Shown piece by piece: positions 10,901-19,996 of a stretch of 64,000 bases of DNA. Under the pieces are notes generated by a model. The model was not told the origin of the DNA. It saw nothing but the letters and a program-made list of their open reading frames with translations, and did not search any database. Origin of the DNA: a virus. Lineage: Duplodnaviria > Caudoviricetes. Position 1 is the first letter of the stretch, and each line of letters starts with the position of its first letter. The DNA lies in the IMG/VR virus record IMGVR_UViG_3300020190_000004; one strand, 5' to 3'. Both the position numbers and the translations under genes were made by a program.

Positions 10901-12523
10901 CCAGCTAAATTCGAGCGGTCTTTCTTTCCAACGAGGATCGTTTACCAAGTTACGAATGTAAGTACCTATTTTAGAAGAAGAGCGCAAATCAAAAGTTTTT
11001 ACGATTCTTGCTCCACTCATATAATCTTTTATAGTAGTCTCTAAATTAACCCACGGGATATAAGTATCAGGGTTAATTGGGTGATCAACTCTTAAAATTA
11101 CAAAATAGTCTGGTAGATTCTTTCTTAACCAGATAGGTGCTAAGAAGGTAAAGTTTTCATCGTAAAACTTGCTCTTAAGTTGCTCTACACCGTAATTGTA
11201 AAAGTTATCAAACTGCTGTGAATATGATTGTTTTGTGTTTAAGTACTGGTCATCGTATTCATGTAGGTCAAAAACAATGTCTGCGGGAGTTTGTCCTTTC
11301 TTAAAGAAATCGTACAAACTCTTTTGGTATGTGGAGTTAGGGTTAACCGCAAACTTTTTATAAGAAGCTTCTGATAGCTCTTGGTTTGCATCAAAAGAGT
11401 TTAACCAAATATCACCTTTTGAGTCAACTGTAAGTTTTACGTTTCCCGAAAGCTTAGGATTGGTCTTAAGTAAACCATAAGAAGATCTATCATCGTATAA
11501 CGGGTCAAGTATAGGGTAATCTATCGCAGCGTTATCTCTGCTAGGTCTAGCATAATCGTCCGGATAACCAAAGATATGAATCTCCTGGTAATCAGCATCA
11601 GTACTGTACGGAACAGAGGCGCTGACGTCGCCTGACTTAAAACCAAACGGCGGGGTTGATAAAAATGCATTTTGAGGATAGTTAACCGGATCATACGGAG
11701 CGGATTCGGGAGGTGGAGTAGCGTCAGACTTAAATATCAAAAAATTAATCTTTAAGTGAGCGTCATTTGCACCGTCATAGTCTATTCGAAAAGTAGCACC
11801 GTTAGTTTCTTCGTTTCCGTTTGTGGGTGTAATGCCTTGATGTTCTACTTTAGTCCAAAATGCTTTCTTTCTTGTTATGAATCCCGTTTCATCTCCATAG
11901 TTACCAGACCAGGTAGTTCCATCGAATGGGTTTGGATAAGTTATCTGGTATGTGTAAAGAACGTTGGCGTCAGTAGCTGAGTAGTCAGCTCTTGCTAAGT
12001 CGTCAGCCGGTGCTGCATTTATCTTAAAGTTTTGTCCGTCTTGCTCTACAAACACACCTAACTTTAAAACAGTGGAAACTGGGACAGGCGCCGAAAAAAG
12101 CGTTCCTGATGACGTCTCAACTACTATTACACCGGGTGCATATGAAATTACTTTAACAGGAGCGTCTGCGACGGTTAAGGACGGATCTAGGTCCCACCAG
12201 TTTCTAACAACAAGTTCTTCCGATACGCGATTAAATGAAGGCGTTTGATTATTTAGTGGAGATACATCAGAAAATGAAATGGTTTGCGTCAAAGCTGGAA
12301 AAACCAAAGGCGCAGTGCTGTCTACAACGATCTCAGCTCTTTGCTCAAATGTATACGCCTGGGGAAAACCTATTATGTATAAGTCTTCATTTGGTAATAT
12401 AGGACCAAACAGGGTAGCATCATTCCTAATTATTGATATGAATGTAGTAGTCTTACCTTGTAAAACTACCTCCCTCTCTACATCTATCTTATAGAAAGAT
12501 GGTATATTTGGTGTTATTGGCAT
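4934..12523 (-). CDS. Very large virion structural protein (tail/baseplate-associated), 2529 aa
   Basis: Intact 7.6 kb ORF, rich in beta-forming and Gly/Thr/Pro residues. TAATG-coupled to the upstream gene and located among tail genes. No specific family recognised. Confidence 0.6.
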   Translation of the reverse strand: MPITPNIPSFYKIDVEREVVLQGKTTTFISIIRNDATLFGPILPNEDLYIIGFPQAYTFEQRAEIVVDSTAPLVFPALTQTISFSDVSPLNNQTPSFNRVSEELVVRNWWDLDPSLTVADAPVKVISYAPGVIVVETSSGTLFSAPVPVSTVLKLGVFVEQDGQNFKINAAPADDLARADYSATDANVLYTYQITYPNPFDGTTWSGNYGDETGFITRKKAFWTKVEHQGITPTNGNEETNGATFRIDYDGANDAHLKINFLIFKSDATPPPESAPYDPVNYPQNAFLSTPPFGFKSGDVSASVPYSTDADYQEIHIFGYPDDYARPSRDNAAIDYPILDPLYDDRSSYGLLKTNPKLSGNVKLTVDSKGDIWLNSFDANQELSEASYKKFAVNPNSTYQKSLYDFFKKGQTPADIVFDLHEYDDQYLNTKQSYSQQFDNFYNYGVEQLKSKFYDENFTFLAPIWLRKNLPDYFVILRVDHPINPDTYIPWVNLETTIKDYMSGARIVKTFDLRSSSKIGTYIRNLVNDPRWKERPLEFSWDSSTPTYWSGAVYTEGTLSAKGELIHDYIEQDRLIKEFEDFVTGGFQRNNIISTNLLNLEFLFDDEEAPLYSINRYIGFYVTENQLAEFEIEPTVLGKISGQTPLPKPEVDGQPYSIKPFVQTNANGIQIPVHYYHNTAFVNNTSIVPSYQGEVLGKFPLPAMVDDPLRLFYVRDRDNIFKKVRKLTEVDYGSPLSPDYVRATQLELFDTQENISSYGGVADIVSQFPATLLDSGHAQLRLHLLDQFGTGCIANDEELIFEVKNYNNPDSSYTYYTQVTNFVAGTSLTLAYFIDQNVIQTTAPFTQLAPGLDVTISVTTTANLVVGQSLYIVQGGYYSVTAIPTASTVTIKNLGNPGNAAPATVIVAGKLTGSALGGIATYNLNPLDTYLSIDNYVKLNLVDFSTGYSLYDAWRIELDAPSIQKFILNGTNEVDAEYTPQYQQFRWRLQANGLGLQPGDAWDYPLLDPNGVDYVSNFSNEGRLDQVAKAIVKCVNSFGNLPVQAWSDGTEVYMRSNLLHEEGNSIQFKRVLQGNSYYANVGFYEVGNVDRGNELKVQTLQITPTTTSDTYDIEAKVLQEPDQITNTSYFVQVTRDNFSTNILIRLGINASTWALATSTGTPFIFNIPTKDEFFVDNSIPITFNLKKIPIGTTGQFIYTQTSSSEVQQYFVGGQKRLRNRARIEFLNGQNYYQNKKVIRKGNTTSGSPIVTIDSTGLYVGNPIIGSGIPNGAKIIDVNVGSVVMNVNSTETASGVKITAGELSILNDNKINQQWYQSLKSVFSRMKGWEVQGKYVYSLPYLDQPTYDAENYLSGFKNYKDYSIIQLDKYDQEFYYSNDNRIVAYKVYRPTFGIFSIFPIKEFDFDFLFSEYSYTPTLEILKYFFSEEALDNEYIELDLFNNYKVEQFNGAGSADTSSFDLDVEAYDVETDIWTMVESLQNVSGSSEFLFNTFYPLYDYDMVSGQPDGYPYLAPDPTNANTSLEVQSRAAGFRNFDRRYLVKLDPDTNESVVFYPEKFRVKYRQTGVSTAEKIVITNYNYENDKDVKLFNGFAGIQDITSLNDAQTIENLKQNGQFIEALTYQLLLSEYDRLRENFTKDWAVRSKTVPYINKWVQEGTDARDNYYRLDTSLGFGLSNLSPSSVVDFAEPSVLTHEFPYLDAIPQDYPKESLESSRSYFFEKLDTTVWRGRTWYDLITSNVENDWFSKYFSLGYPSEAFFGGNKIPKSRDERYTFFIYNTGTGKSQTLFRGAKIEITQYEAGPNITTSLSTPIPNSTDFEGYKFSAIARFLPYEPFTIEKPVDIEVLKNDKFKTITMIFSIKVKDYRTQSGHIDYALQYFANDVLKNSNQNQLKYDLAVGTLSSSMLRNFLPYDGTYTTYLNPYTPNAVMRPRQGFLGGGYIQLGDKKIGGLVDYTPTVSPEWNAPIPPGQNTKAQLFMNFNSVDPVTYQFSLLNEITTINNDYRVPDSPYPFIQDTSLTGSIWAKEFGYDGYEFNIHSVLYKQNSSSEIYTFWNFLDSQDRVDILTLSSISIGSAKKYSRFRTNITSTGVLLQSALASPAPTTIPGSVPSNSEVNETYFVNGGTDGFQSIKNYITFGNIQSLINTDSTLIEYYNVTDSGKVLAYDYRLNIINPDTLVKTNVLNTATDEDKPIEYQSTSIIGYNIVDTNGQEFITRHRGYYEPKTRDILSFWVREDDSFSSHFELDFLLSNTHINAKSSLSGLVRNYGINKVSTGGEVMVISTGSSYKSLYPLVGEVSVTNKDFNAFTSSWDKDFYRNYQTTNDFTEVYGIAEMQETKAFLASKAMNVPKKFDLHEYIDGVEYTFELVQPAAAIGVDALSSNNSAVQQGMPYSNRPKVIITVNIEEKLRRELLAGIDNPNNVDEFTRLTTLGISELTSLSTEELLNLKTQYINKNIINIYQVTDVTLYSLQQQGVELVNGDLTEVEKFRNGYRVDKDCVVTKLSDFKFQLTKTLNPAVPVGFTFSATVKRI

Positions 12524-15500
12524 TACGACTGAAGAGTTTTAATAGTTTCTTTTGTATAGACAATGTTTTGTAATTGTTTGTTAACCGTTGGGGTAGCAGT
12601 AGCAATCACTTGACTTAAAGAAGATTTCTTATAGACAGCCGATACTTGAATGTCAAAAGAAAATGCTGGTTCGTCTTGTGCGTATATGTCAACGCCGATT
12701 CTTCTAATATATGTTAAGTTTTTAGGTGGTACAGTAACCGATGGGTTAAACCCACCAACTATGCCGGCACCAGCGCCACCCGAAGTTCCATAGTAATCTT
12801 CCATTCTGTACTGAAAGACAACAGGTATGATGATTGCGTTTTCATCTCCAATTTCAACAGTTTTCGTCGAACGAGCATCAATACCTTTTACGTTTAATTG
12901 ATTAAACACACTTGGGCCAAGAAATAAATAAGAGCCTACGGTGTTAGATCCTATCAAGAATCTGTCATTAGATAAGAATCCAAACTTGTCAGGAAGCTCA
13001 GAAGGGTTTGTGACAGCATAAGACGTAGTAAAAGGAGCAGGCCCAACATTTTGTAAAAAAGATTGCCTATAGCTTAATTGTGCAGAAGGCACACCATTGC
13101 TTGCCATTGAATTTACCAAAGCCGCATGCCTGAATGCACCAACTGCTTCGGGCGCAACAGCATACCCGGTAGAAGGATCTATGCTGACTGTAGGTAATTG
13201 TAAGTTAGCCGCTTGAAATGTAATGCCAAGAGAGGTTGTTGACGGGTACAAGTCAGGGTGATCCGTATGAAAGCAGAATACAGTTTCGCTACCTGGTCCT
13301 AGCGGTATCCCGCCCGGCAAAATGGGTTGCCCGTCCCATATCCACGCTTGAGTGGTACCAGGTGTAAAGTCGGGTAAAAGGGTTCTCGTAGGAGCTTCTT
13401 TGTATAAAGACTTAACTAATCCTACGTCAGTATACCTTGACCATACATACTGCCCCGTTGACTGTCCGCTTTGGTAATACGCAGTAGCAAATTTGTTTGA
13501 GTTATTTGTGTCTTCTGCATTTATAGAAGTTTGAACTATTGGGACCTGGTCATATTTTCTAAATACGGTGAAATCGCTGTCATTGACCGTTGGAAACAAG
13601 ATGTTAGGGTCATATGGTGAGTTAGGAAGAAAGGACGGTACTGTAGTCAAAGATGTCGGTAAAGAGCCGCCTATCCCACCTGGGAATCTTGAAACTAATT
13701 GTAGCGGCGTTGCTTCGCTATTCTGTATTGCGATCTGATATACTCTATTCACAATTGCTCCACGTCTCTCGTTAGGAGGCAACAATGTTACGTAGTCTAA
13801 GTAGTAACCGGCAAAAAGATCGATTACTGTTGAGTTACTTACAGCTATTTTGCTGTTATTGCTTGGGTCGATTATGTAGACCATAAGTGTCCCAGCCACT
13901 TTATCGAGGCGATCTTCTAATGAAGCGATACGTTTTTGAAGTTCTTGGAGTTTTTCATACAGAGATATTACTTTCCCTTCTTGTGTATAAAAATTAGAGG
14001 CTACCACATCCGCGTCGTGTGCGTAGTACTTTTCTAGCGAATTAAAAGAAGATGATAAATGGATATCTAATCCTTTAGCTGCTAAGTTATTCTCAAGCTC
14101 TACATTCACGATCTCCTTGCTTGCTTGTGATAGAGCAAGACTTGCCTCATCTTCTGTAAATAAATCGATAGGAAATTCTATCGTAATCGTAGCCGATGGT
14201 TCTGATAGTAGTGGGTTTTCTGGCCAACCAGCTTCTGACACACTCTTAACAAATAATTCTACCTTTTCGCCTTTGCTGATAGGAATGTCAACCTGATTTA
14301 TGTTTACTGAGTCAGCGTTTTCTACGTTTTCAGAGGCCCACTCATATTTACCAGTTGCGATGTTGTATACTTTTTTTCGTATTTCACTTTTAGATTCTAC
14401 AAGATTGGAATATGTACCTCTCTTCGTTTGACCATTTTGGTCAGTAAAGTCGAATTGTTTAACATCTCCTTGACTACCGTCTGGGCGAACATAACGGTAA
14501 TATGTTATGAATTGTATCACTTCTTGGTTACCGGTTTTAGGAGAACGCTTGGGGTTAGGTACGCCAAAGAATCCGCGTATTCTATACTTAGGACCGTCTA
14601 GTGCAGCTGGTTTTGCCTGTGCAATAACTGCAAGTTCTTGGACGATTGATGCATAGAGAGAAGATTTGATAGTTCTTTCTCTAATTAAACTGTCTAGTTC
14701 GTTCTTAACAGCTCGTCTTTCTGTTGGGCTATTGAATTGTTTAGAGTTCAGTTCCTCCTTTTTGACATTAATCGATTTTTCCAATTCTTTAATCTCTGAT
14801 TGAAGAGTTACTTTATCAGCTTGTTTTTTACGAATGCTCTCAACTTCTGATTGGTCAAGTTTATGATCATTGACCATAACTACTTTAAAGTTAGAATCAT
14901 TTAGGGTAGGTGCGTCAGGAGTGATGCCGTCGACTGCTGAAATTTTGCCCTCTTTAGCAGCAGATAGCAATATGTTACCAAAGTCAAGAACGTTTTCTTG
15001 GTAAAACTGAGTCATGGTAACATTACCTATACTAGTATCTGTAGATAAGTCATTAGTATAAAATGCAACGCCTGGAGAATAATCAATAGATATTATGTTT
15101 TTCTCGTCGTTAACAGTTCTAAAGAAAACAATGTTATATTCGTCAAAACCAATTCCAACGTTTACTAGTTTTGGGGAGAAGGTTTCAGAATAAACCGAGA
15201 CGGATTCTCCAACAACTAGCGGATCGAAGCCGTTAAGCCTTTTTAGACGAATGCATTTTGTGGAATTGTCGATCTCAATAACTTCGTATAGAGTTTCTCC
15301 CTTTAAGATACGATCTCCTGTTCTAAGAGTTTCAGTATCCTTTGTTAAGGACAGGTTATCTGTGTATGTAAGTTTGTCAAGTAAGAACCATCTCTTGGTT
15401 GAACTTGTGCCGTCAGCAAATGTTACTTTGCGATCTTCAAAGTTTACCAAAGTAAAGTTACCTGTGTAACGGACGATGCTAAGAGGCATATCGTTTACAC

Positions 15501-16095
15501 TTTCGTCTATGAAGAATGCAATGTTTTGTGTTTGCATATCTATCATAAAACTAACATAGTCAATGTCACTTTTACCTTTTAAGTTATTGTTAAAGTATTG
15601 CAGCTTTGCTTCGGTGTCAAGTTTAAGAATGTGACGTTTAACAAAGATTTTCGACTCTTGTTGTGGAACGTAAGGCGTAATATCAAAAGTAACTTTAAGA
15701 GCTGGTGTCATCATGCTCTCAAAGAACCAGTTATTTTCGGCAATGAACTTTGAAGGTGTAACCAGATTAGTAACAGGATTTGGGTTTCTTAGTGCAACCG
15801 ATTGGTAAATTCTCTTAAATGTGCCGTCGGGCATTCTAATAAATGCTTCACTTCCGTCAAAACCAAGCAGCTTTGATATAGTAGCATCTATCCTGTCAAT
15901 GCTACTTTTAAGATAGCCAAAAGAAGGGACAGAATATGTGGTCGTAGTCCCGTCAGTGTTATTCACATCGACTGTTACGGTATCGCTATTAGATATCGTT
16001 GCTTTTTGTATTGTTTGCAAAGTATCCAGCGAATTGTTATACACTTTTATGAAGTTCGCCAGAATCGTAGAAAAACTATTCTGTGTAGTTGCCAT
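12523..16095 (-). CDS. Large virion structural protein with coiled coil and FN3-like segment, 1190 aa
   Basis: Central coiled coil (KKQADKVTLQSEIKELEKSINVKKEEL) and FN3-like C-terminal strand (VKSVSEAGWPENPLLSEPS). Tail-operon context. Confidence 0.55.
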   Translation of the reverse strand: MATTQNSFSTILANFIKVYNNSLDTLQTIQKATISNSDTVTVDVNNTDGTTTTYSVPSFGYLKSSIDRIDATISKLLGFDGSEAFIRMPDGTFKRIYQSVALRNPNPVTNLVTPSKFIAENNWFFESMMTPALKVTFDITPYVPQQESKIFVKRHILKLDTEAKLQYFNNNLKGKSDIDYVSFMIDMQTQNIAFFIDESVNDMPLSIVRYTGNFTLVNFEDRKVTFADGTSSTKRWFLLDKLTYTDNLSLTKDTETLRTGDRILKGETLYEVIEIDNSTKCIRLKRLNGFDPLVVGESVSVYSETFSPKLVNVGIGFDEYNIVFFRTVNDEKNIISIDYSPGVAFYTNDLSTDTSIGNVTMTQFYQENVLDFGNILLSAAKEGKISAVDGITPDAPTLNDSNFKVVMVNDHKLDQSEVESIRKKQADKVTLQSEIKELEKSINVKKEELNSKQFNSPTERRAVKNELDSLIRERTIKSSLYASIVQELAVIAQAKPAALDGPKYRIRGFFGVPNPKRSPKTGNQEVIQFITYYRYVRPDGSQGDVKQFDFTDQNGQTKRGTYSNLVESKSEIRKKVYNIATGKYEWASENVENADSVNINQVDIPISKGEKVELFVKSVSEAGWPENPLLSEPSATITIEFPIDLFTEDEASLALSQASKEIVNVELENNLAAKGLDIHLSSSFNSLEKYYAHDADVVASNFYTQEGKVISLYEKLQELQKRIASLEDRLDKVAGTLMVYIIDPSNNSKIAVSNSTVIDLFAGYYLDYVTLLPPNERRGAIVNRVYQIAIQNSEATPLQLVSRFPGGIGGSLPTSLTTVPSFLPNSPYDPNILFPTVNDSDFTVFRKYDQVPIVQTSINAEDTNNSNKFATAYYQSGQSTGQYVWSRYTDVGLVKSLYKEAPTRTLLPDFTPGTTQAWIWDGQPILPGGIPLGPGSETVFCFHTDHPDLYPSTTSLGITFQAANLQLPTVSIDPSTGYAVAPEAVGAFRHAALVNSMASNGVPSAQLSYRQSFLQNVGPAPFTTSYAVTNPSELPDKFGFLSNDRFLIGSNTVGSYLFLGPSVFNQLNVKGIDARSTKTVEIGDENAIIIPVVFQYRMEDYYGTSGGAGAGIVGGFNPSVTVPPKNLTYIRRIGVDIYAQDEPAFSFDIQVSAVYKKSSLSQVIATATPTVNKQLQNIVYTKETIKTLQS

Positions 16096-16109
16096 GCGTT
16101 ATTCCTATT

Positions 16110-18263
16110 TTAGAATATGTCAACAGCAAATTGGTATGTATCAGGATTTATGCAGACCAATTCGATTGTTGGAACATTATTTTTCGTTTCAAAGTCAAGA
16201 TAAGTTAAGAACCCAATCTGTGCTGAATACGGAAAACCTGTGTTTAACCTGTCAGCAGCGTCAGAGTATATGATAAAGTTGAATTGTCCGTTGGTATTGT
16301 CAAGATCTAGACCATTCAAGAATGATATTCTCATAGTCTGGCCTTTTTGCCATCTCTTAGTTGTATCGTCAACATATACGATAACATCTCTGTCTACGAT
16401 GTACGCTGCGCCGGGACTACCGTCCGTCATCTTTAGATAGTTTGAGAAGTCTTCTAATTTATGAACATATGAGTAATTAGTAGGGTTTGCTAAGAAATAA
16501 CCCGATATGTCTACAAGAGGGTTTGGGCCGATGTTAAATGTTTGATTGGTATTTACTATCGATAAAGATCCTGCTTGTGATTGATCAATAAAAATACCCT
16601 GTCCAGCATTTATGACACCTAAGTTATATGACATTTGAACAGAGGTTTGTCCAGTGTAAATGTTTTGTATCTCTTGGTAGTTTTGCTGAATAAGGTTTAA
16701 CAAGTTGGATGTATTAGCAAAGATCGTTGCATTATCACCTACGCTATCTTCAAGTTCTGCTAGTTTCAATTTAATTTGTTCTGCGTCCTCATTTGTAAGA
16801 ATAAAGTTTTGCAGATCCAAAAACTTTGCATTAAGAATGTTTATCTGCTCGTTGTTAGAGAGCAAGATGCCAACTGCACTGTTCATTTCGTTCAGCGCTT
16901 CCATGTATAGTTGAAGTGAGAACGGGTTATAGTCATTTATACTTGTCTCGACTGCGGTATCCTGTGTGTTAACATCAAACTTAAGATTGATTCTAAAAGC
17001 ATAGGAGTTACCATTTTCTCCTGTTAGAGAATTTGGTTTATACTTAGTTAATCTTGGTATGTATCCCCCTCCCGTTGATATAAGATCAACGTTGTCAAGA
17101 AATAGTACCCCAAATAAGTTGGTTGTACTGTTGCTTGGGTTAGCAGGATCATACAGATCGTAATAAACTAATACTGCGTTGAAGTCAAAAGTTTGAGCAG
17201 CGGCCGTTTCGTTAAAAGGACCAAAGTCAGTTAACCCAGCAGCAGCATTTTGAATACCTGCGTATACAGCGGGATCCATTTCAAGTGATATACCATCTAA
17301 ACGACTTCTCTTATATTCAACAGACTTGTTGATACTTTCAATCTTAAACTTATCATTAGTTGCATCACCGAAAGATGCGGCCTCTGTATAGTAAGAATTT
17401 GCTATCGGGTTAGAAAACCACCATTGAAACCCTGGGTTGCCTTGTTGAATATAAGAACCCGATATTGGCTCATAATAGTAATAATCTGCGGTTGCACCAA
17501 ATGGGTCAGACACGGTAAAAGTGTTTGTGTCACTGTCATAAAAGGCAAAGGTGCTCAAGCCAGCTGGCTGAACAGAAGTAGCATCGCGTCCGTATAAGTA
17601 TTCAGCAGCAAGAGGGTTGATGGGATCATTTGTAAAGATTCTGTTTGGTCCATAGTTTGCATCGCTTATTGCATTGTATAAAACTGTTGGTGTATTACCG
17701 TGTGATGTTGGTATGTATATGTAAACTTCGCTGAACGCGTTGAAGTTATTGCGAACGCTATTAAGAATGTTAATGTCTCCAATGTATCTTACAACTTTCT
17801 TGTAAGAATTACTATCGTCTTCTTCGACCCATCTTACACCGTAGATAGCAGAACTTGTTTCCCCGGCAACCGCTTCACGAAAACGAATGGCTCCAATTTC
17901 TTTTAGCCACTTAAAGAAAACCCTTTCTGAAATCGTTCTGTCTACCGTTGGGTCATAGTTAGGATCCGAACTCATGATTGCTTCCAAGTTTAGGCAGTAG
18001 TTTTGGAAAGACTCTCCAAAGTAATCGTTAAGAGATTTAGACCCGTCTATTTCAGTAAACGCACCTGGCGTATTTGACAGACCAATCGTATTTTCTCCGT
18101 TTTGCGGATTGTTGATATTAGGAATGTTTAATAGAGCAAATTTAGAGAACTTAAACTTTTTCTCTGAGCTATTAAACGTCATCCCAAGATCTTCAGACGC
18201 TGAAGAAAATGTATAGAATGTACCACCTTGTAGGCGGATAGGCTTTATTAGTGGCGCTATCAT
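16110..18263 (-). CDS. Conserved phage structural protein with coiled coil, 717 aa
   Basis: Long intact ORF in the tail operon with a heptad segment (EQIKLKLAELEDSV). Function not recognised. Confidence 0.5.
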   Translation of the reverse strand: MIAPLIKPIRLQGGTFYTFSSASEDLGMTFNSSEKKFKFSKFALLNIPNINNPQNGENTIGLSNTPGAFTEIDGSKSLNDYFGESFQNYCLNLEAIMSSDPNYDPTVDRTISERVFFKWLKEIGAIRFREAVAGETSSAIYGVRWVEEDDSNSYKKVVRYIGDINILNSVRNNFNAFSEVYIYIPTSHGNTPTVLYNAISDANYGPNRIFTNDPINPLAAEYLYGRDATSVQPAGLSTFAFYDSDTNTFTVSDPFGATADYYYYEPISGSYIQQGNPGFQWWFSNPIANSYYTEAASFGDATNDKFKIESINKSVEYKRSRLDGISLEMDPAVYAGIQNAAAGLTDFGPFNETAAAQTFDFNAVLVYYDLYDPANPSNSTTNLFGVLFLDNVDLISTGGGYIPRLTKYKPNSLTGENGNSYAFRINLKFDVNTQDTAVETSINDYNPFSLQLYMEALNEMNSAVGILLSNNEQINILNAKFLDLQNFILTNEDAEQIKLKLAELEDSVGDNATIFANTSNLLNLIQQNYQEIQNIYTGQTSVQMSYNLGVINAGQGIFIDQSQAGSLSIVNTNQTFNIGPNPLVDISGYFLANPTNYSYVHKLEDFSNYLKMTDGSPGAAYIVDRDVIVYVDDTTKRWQKGQTMRISFLNGLDLDNTNGQFNFIIYSDAADRLNTGFPYSAQIGFLTYLDFETKNNVPTIELVCINPDTYQFAVDIF

Positions 18264-18278
18264 TTAGGGCTTTGTTTT

Positions 18279-19115
18279 TTAGTAAGTTACGTCAGGTGTA
18301 GCACCTACGTTTGGCTGAGCAATGTTAAGAACTCTCCAGCCAGCGGCGTCAGCAAAAAGTGTAACAGCAACTTTCTTAATTCTTGCATCATCAGTTCCAA
18401 AAAGGTTGACACCAATTGCGATAGGTAATGTATATCCTGGATCAAAGTTTGTATTTGATATTTTGAAACCGCCTCCAATAGCAGCAGGAGAAACCTGGTC
18501 GATGATAATTGTGATTACTTGACCAAGTGTTGCACCTACACCTACTGCAGGCAAACTAATCTCTTCGCAGTTATCTGAAGTTGCAGAGTTATATGTGCTC
18601 AAGTCAAGACGTAATACGCTGTATCCTACTAAAGAAGCGGTCAAGGGTCTTGAAGTAGCGCCAGCTGGAGTGAGCGTCTGCGGGTTAAGAGTAGGAGCTG
18701 CGGCTGTTTGAGCGCCTAACTGCGTTATAGCAAATCCTTTTCTAAATTCTGAGAAGATAGATGACAAGAAAGTACCAGATCCGGAAGAACCTGTAAAGTT
18801 AACATTTCTTCCAGCTGTGATATCAAGTCCTGCACTTATGCTTTGTGTAACACTTGCATCAAGAAGAACGTTTAAGTTTCCTTGAAATTGCCCGGTAGCT
18901 TCGCAGTCAAAGATCTGCGCCGATGTCGGGTTTGTGTATTTTTTAATAAGAGCGTTACCAACGTTTAAAGAACCGCCTGGTACGAAAGATGTGTCAAGTC
19001 TTGTTTCAAGCGTATTGATTGCGTTAGTAATTTTCTTAAAATTGTCATTAATTGTGATTCTTGAGCCAGCAAGATTGTCGCCGCCTAAGATTTCTGTAAC
19101 CGTAATTACTGCCAT
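18279..19115 (-). CDS. Putative short fibre / baseplate-attached protein, 278 aa
   Basis: N-terminus EILGGDNLAGSRITINDNF matches the QILESDSISSLVAKLNANF start of the collagen fibre. Followed by a coiled coil and small-residue beta repeats. Confidence 0.5.
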   Translation of the reverse strand: MAVITVTEILGGDNLAGSRITINDNFKKITNAINTLETRLDTSFVPGGSLNVGNALIKKYTNPTSAQIFDCEATGQFQGNLNVLLDASVTQSISAGLDITAGRNVNFTGSSGSGTFLSSIFSEFRKGFAITQLGAQTAAAPTLNPQTLTPAGATSRPLTASLVGYSVLRLDLSTYNSATSDNCEEISLPAVGVGATLGQVITIIIDQVSPAAIGGGFKISNTNFDPGYTLPIAIGVNLFGTDDARIKKVAVTLFADAAGWRVLNIAQPNVGATPDVTY

Positions 19116-19141
19116 TGTATTAGTCTATTTTTTCCGTTGTT

Positions 19142-19150
19142 GTATATATC
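19142..19150 (-). promoter_or_regulatory. Putative late promoter GATATATAC
   Basis: Intergenic, upstream of the ATG at 19115. Confidence 0.6.
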
Positions 19151-19159
19151 ACTCTACAT

Positions 19160-19996
19160 TTACCGTGTTAAGTGTTCGCTATTCTCCCACTTTGGGTCAT
19201 ACCAAAACCTTCTACCGTTCTTGTCCATTCTTGAAGCTAGTTTTCCATAGCAGCGAACCCATTCATCAAAGTTAGCGGCATCTACTCCCGCTGGGTTTTT
19301 CCAATCTCTTAGTTGCCCACCTCCTAGTACATAAGCTTCTTTTACACACGTATGAGTCGTTGCTATAAGTTCATGTAGCATGTTAAGAGAAATGATGTTC
19401 ATAGGCTGAAACGGATCAATGTCTAACCTATAAAGGATTTCTGCCCGTAAGTAATTGCCCACACCGTTAAAGTATCCTTGGTCCATCAGGATTTCGTAAA
19501 GAGGCTTGTTAAGCTTCTTACTATTTTGCCAATCACTTAGTATCTTGTACTGAAACTCGTTAAACTCACTAAAAGGGCAAGGACCGCGACCACCGCCCCA
19601 ACCGTCGCTCCATTTCCACTTTGCAAAACGGCGTATATCATACATGATTAGCCAGTTTCCTGTAGTAGTCTTAAATCTCAAGTGACCGTGCTTAAGAGCT
19701 TTTTCCAGGTTTGGGCTATCTCCTCGCATATATATCCAAGAACCACTCATTCCCATAGTCATAAGTAGATTTTTTGTAACAGCGCCTTCAAGCCCTCCTC
19801 CAACCATTTCCATGTGAAGCATCAGTTCTTTACCTCGTGATTTTGCACGAATAGTAAATACACCTCCAGCGAAAGGGTTATCTTCTGTCTTAACTTTTGA
19901 AACCGGCGACTTTTCCATAGACTCAAAGAAAGTATCTTGCGACACAACCTGATTAATGAAGTCGGACATTATTTTTATCTCTGCTAATTCTGGCAT
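19160..19996 (-). CDS. nei: Fpg/Nei-family DNA glycosylase/AP lyase, NEIL1-like (zincless finger)
   Basis: Catalytic N-terminal PELAE, RGKEL, GMSGS, DIRRF, H2TH motif LMDQGYFNGVGNYLRAEILY and C-terminal DKNGRRFWY. No Cys4 zinc finger. Confidence 0.92.
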   Translation of the reverse strand: MPELAEIKIMSDFINQVVSQDTFFESMEKSPVSKVKTEDNPFAGGVFTIRAKSRGKELMLHMEMVGGGLEGAVTKNLLMTMGMSGSWIYMRGDSPNLEKALKHGHLRFKTTTGNWLIMYDIRRFAKWKWSDGWGGGRGPCPFSEFNEFQYKILSDWQNSKKLNKPLYEILMDQGYFNGVGNYLRAEILYRLDIDPFQPMNIISLNMLHELIATTHTCVKEAYVLGGGQLRDWKNPAGVDAANFDEWVRCYGKLASRMDKNGRRFWYDPKWENSEHLTR

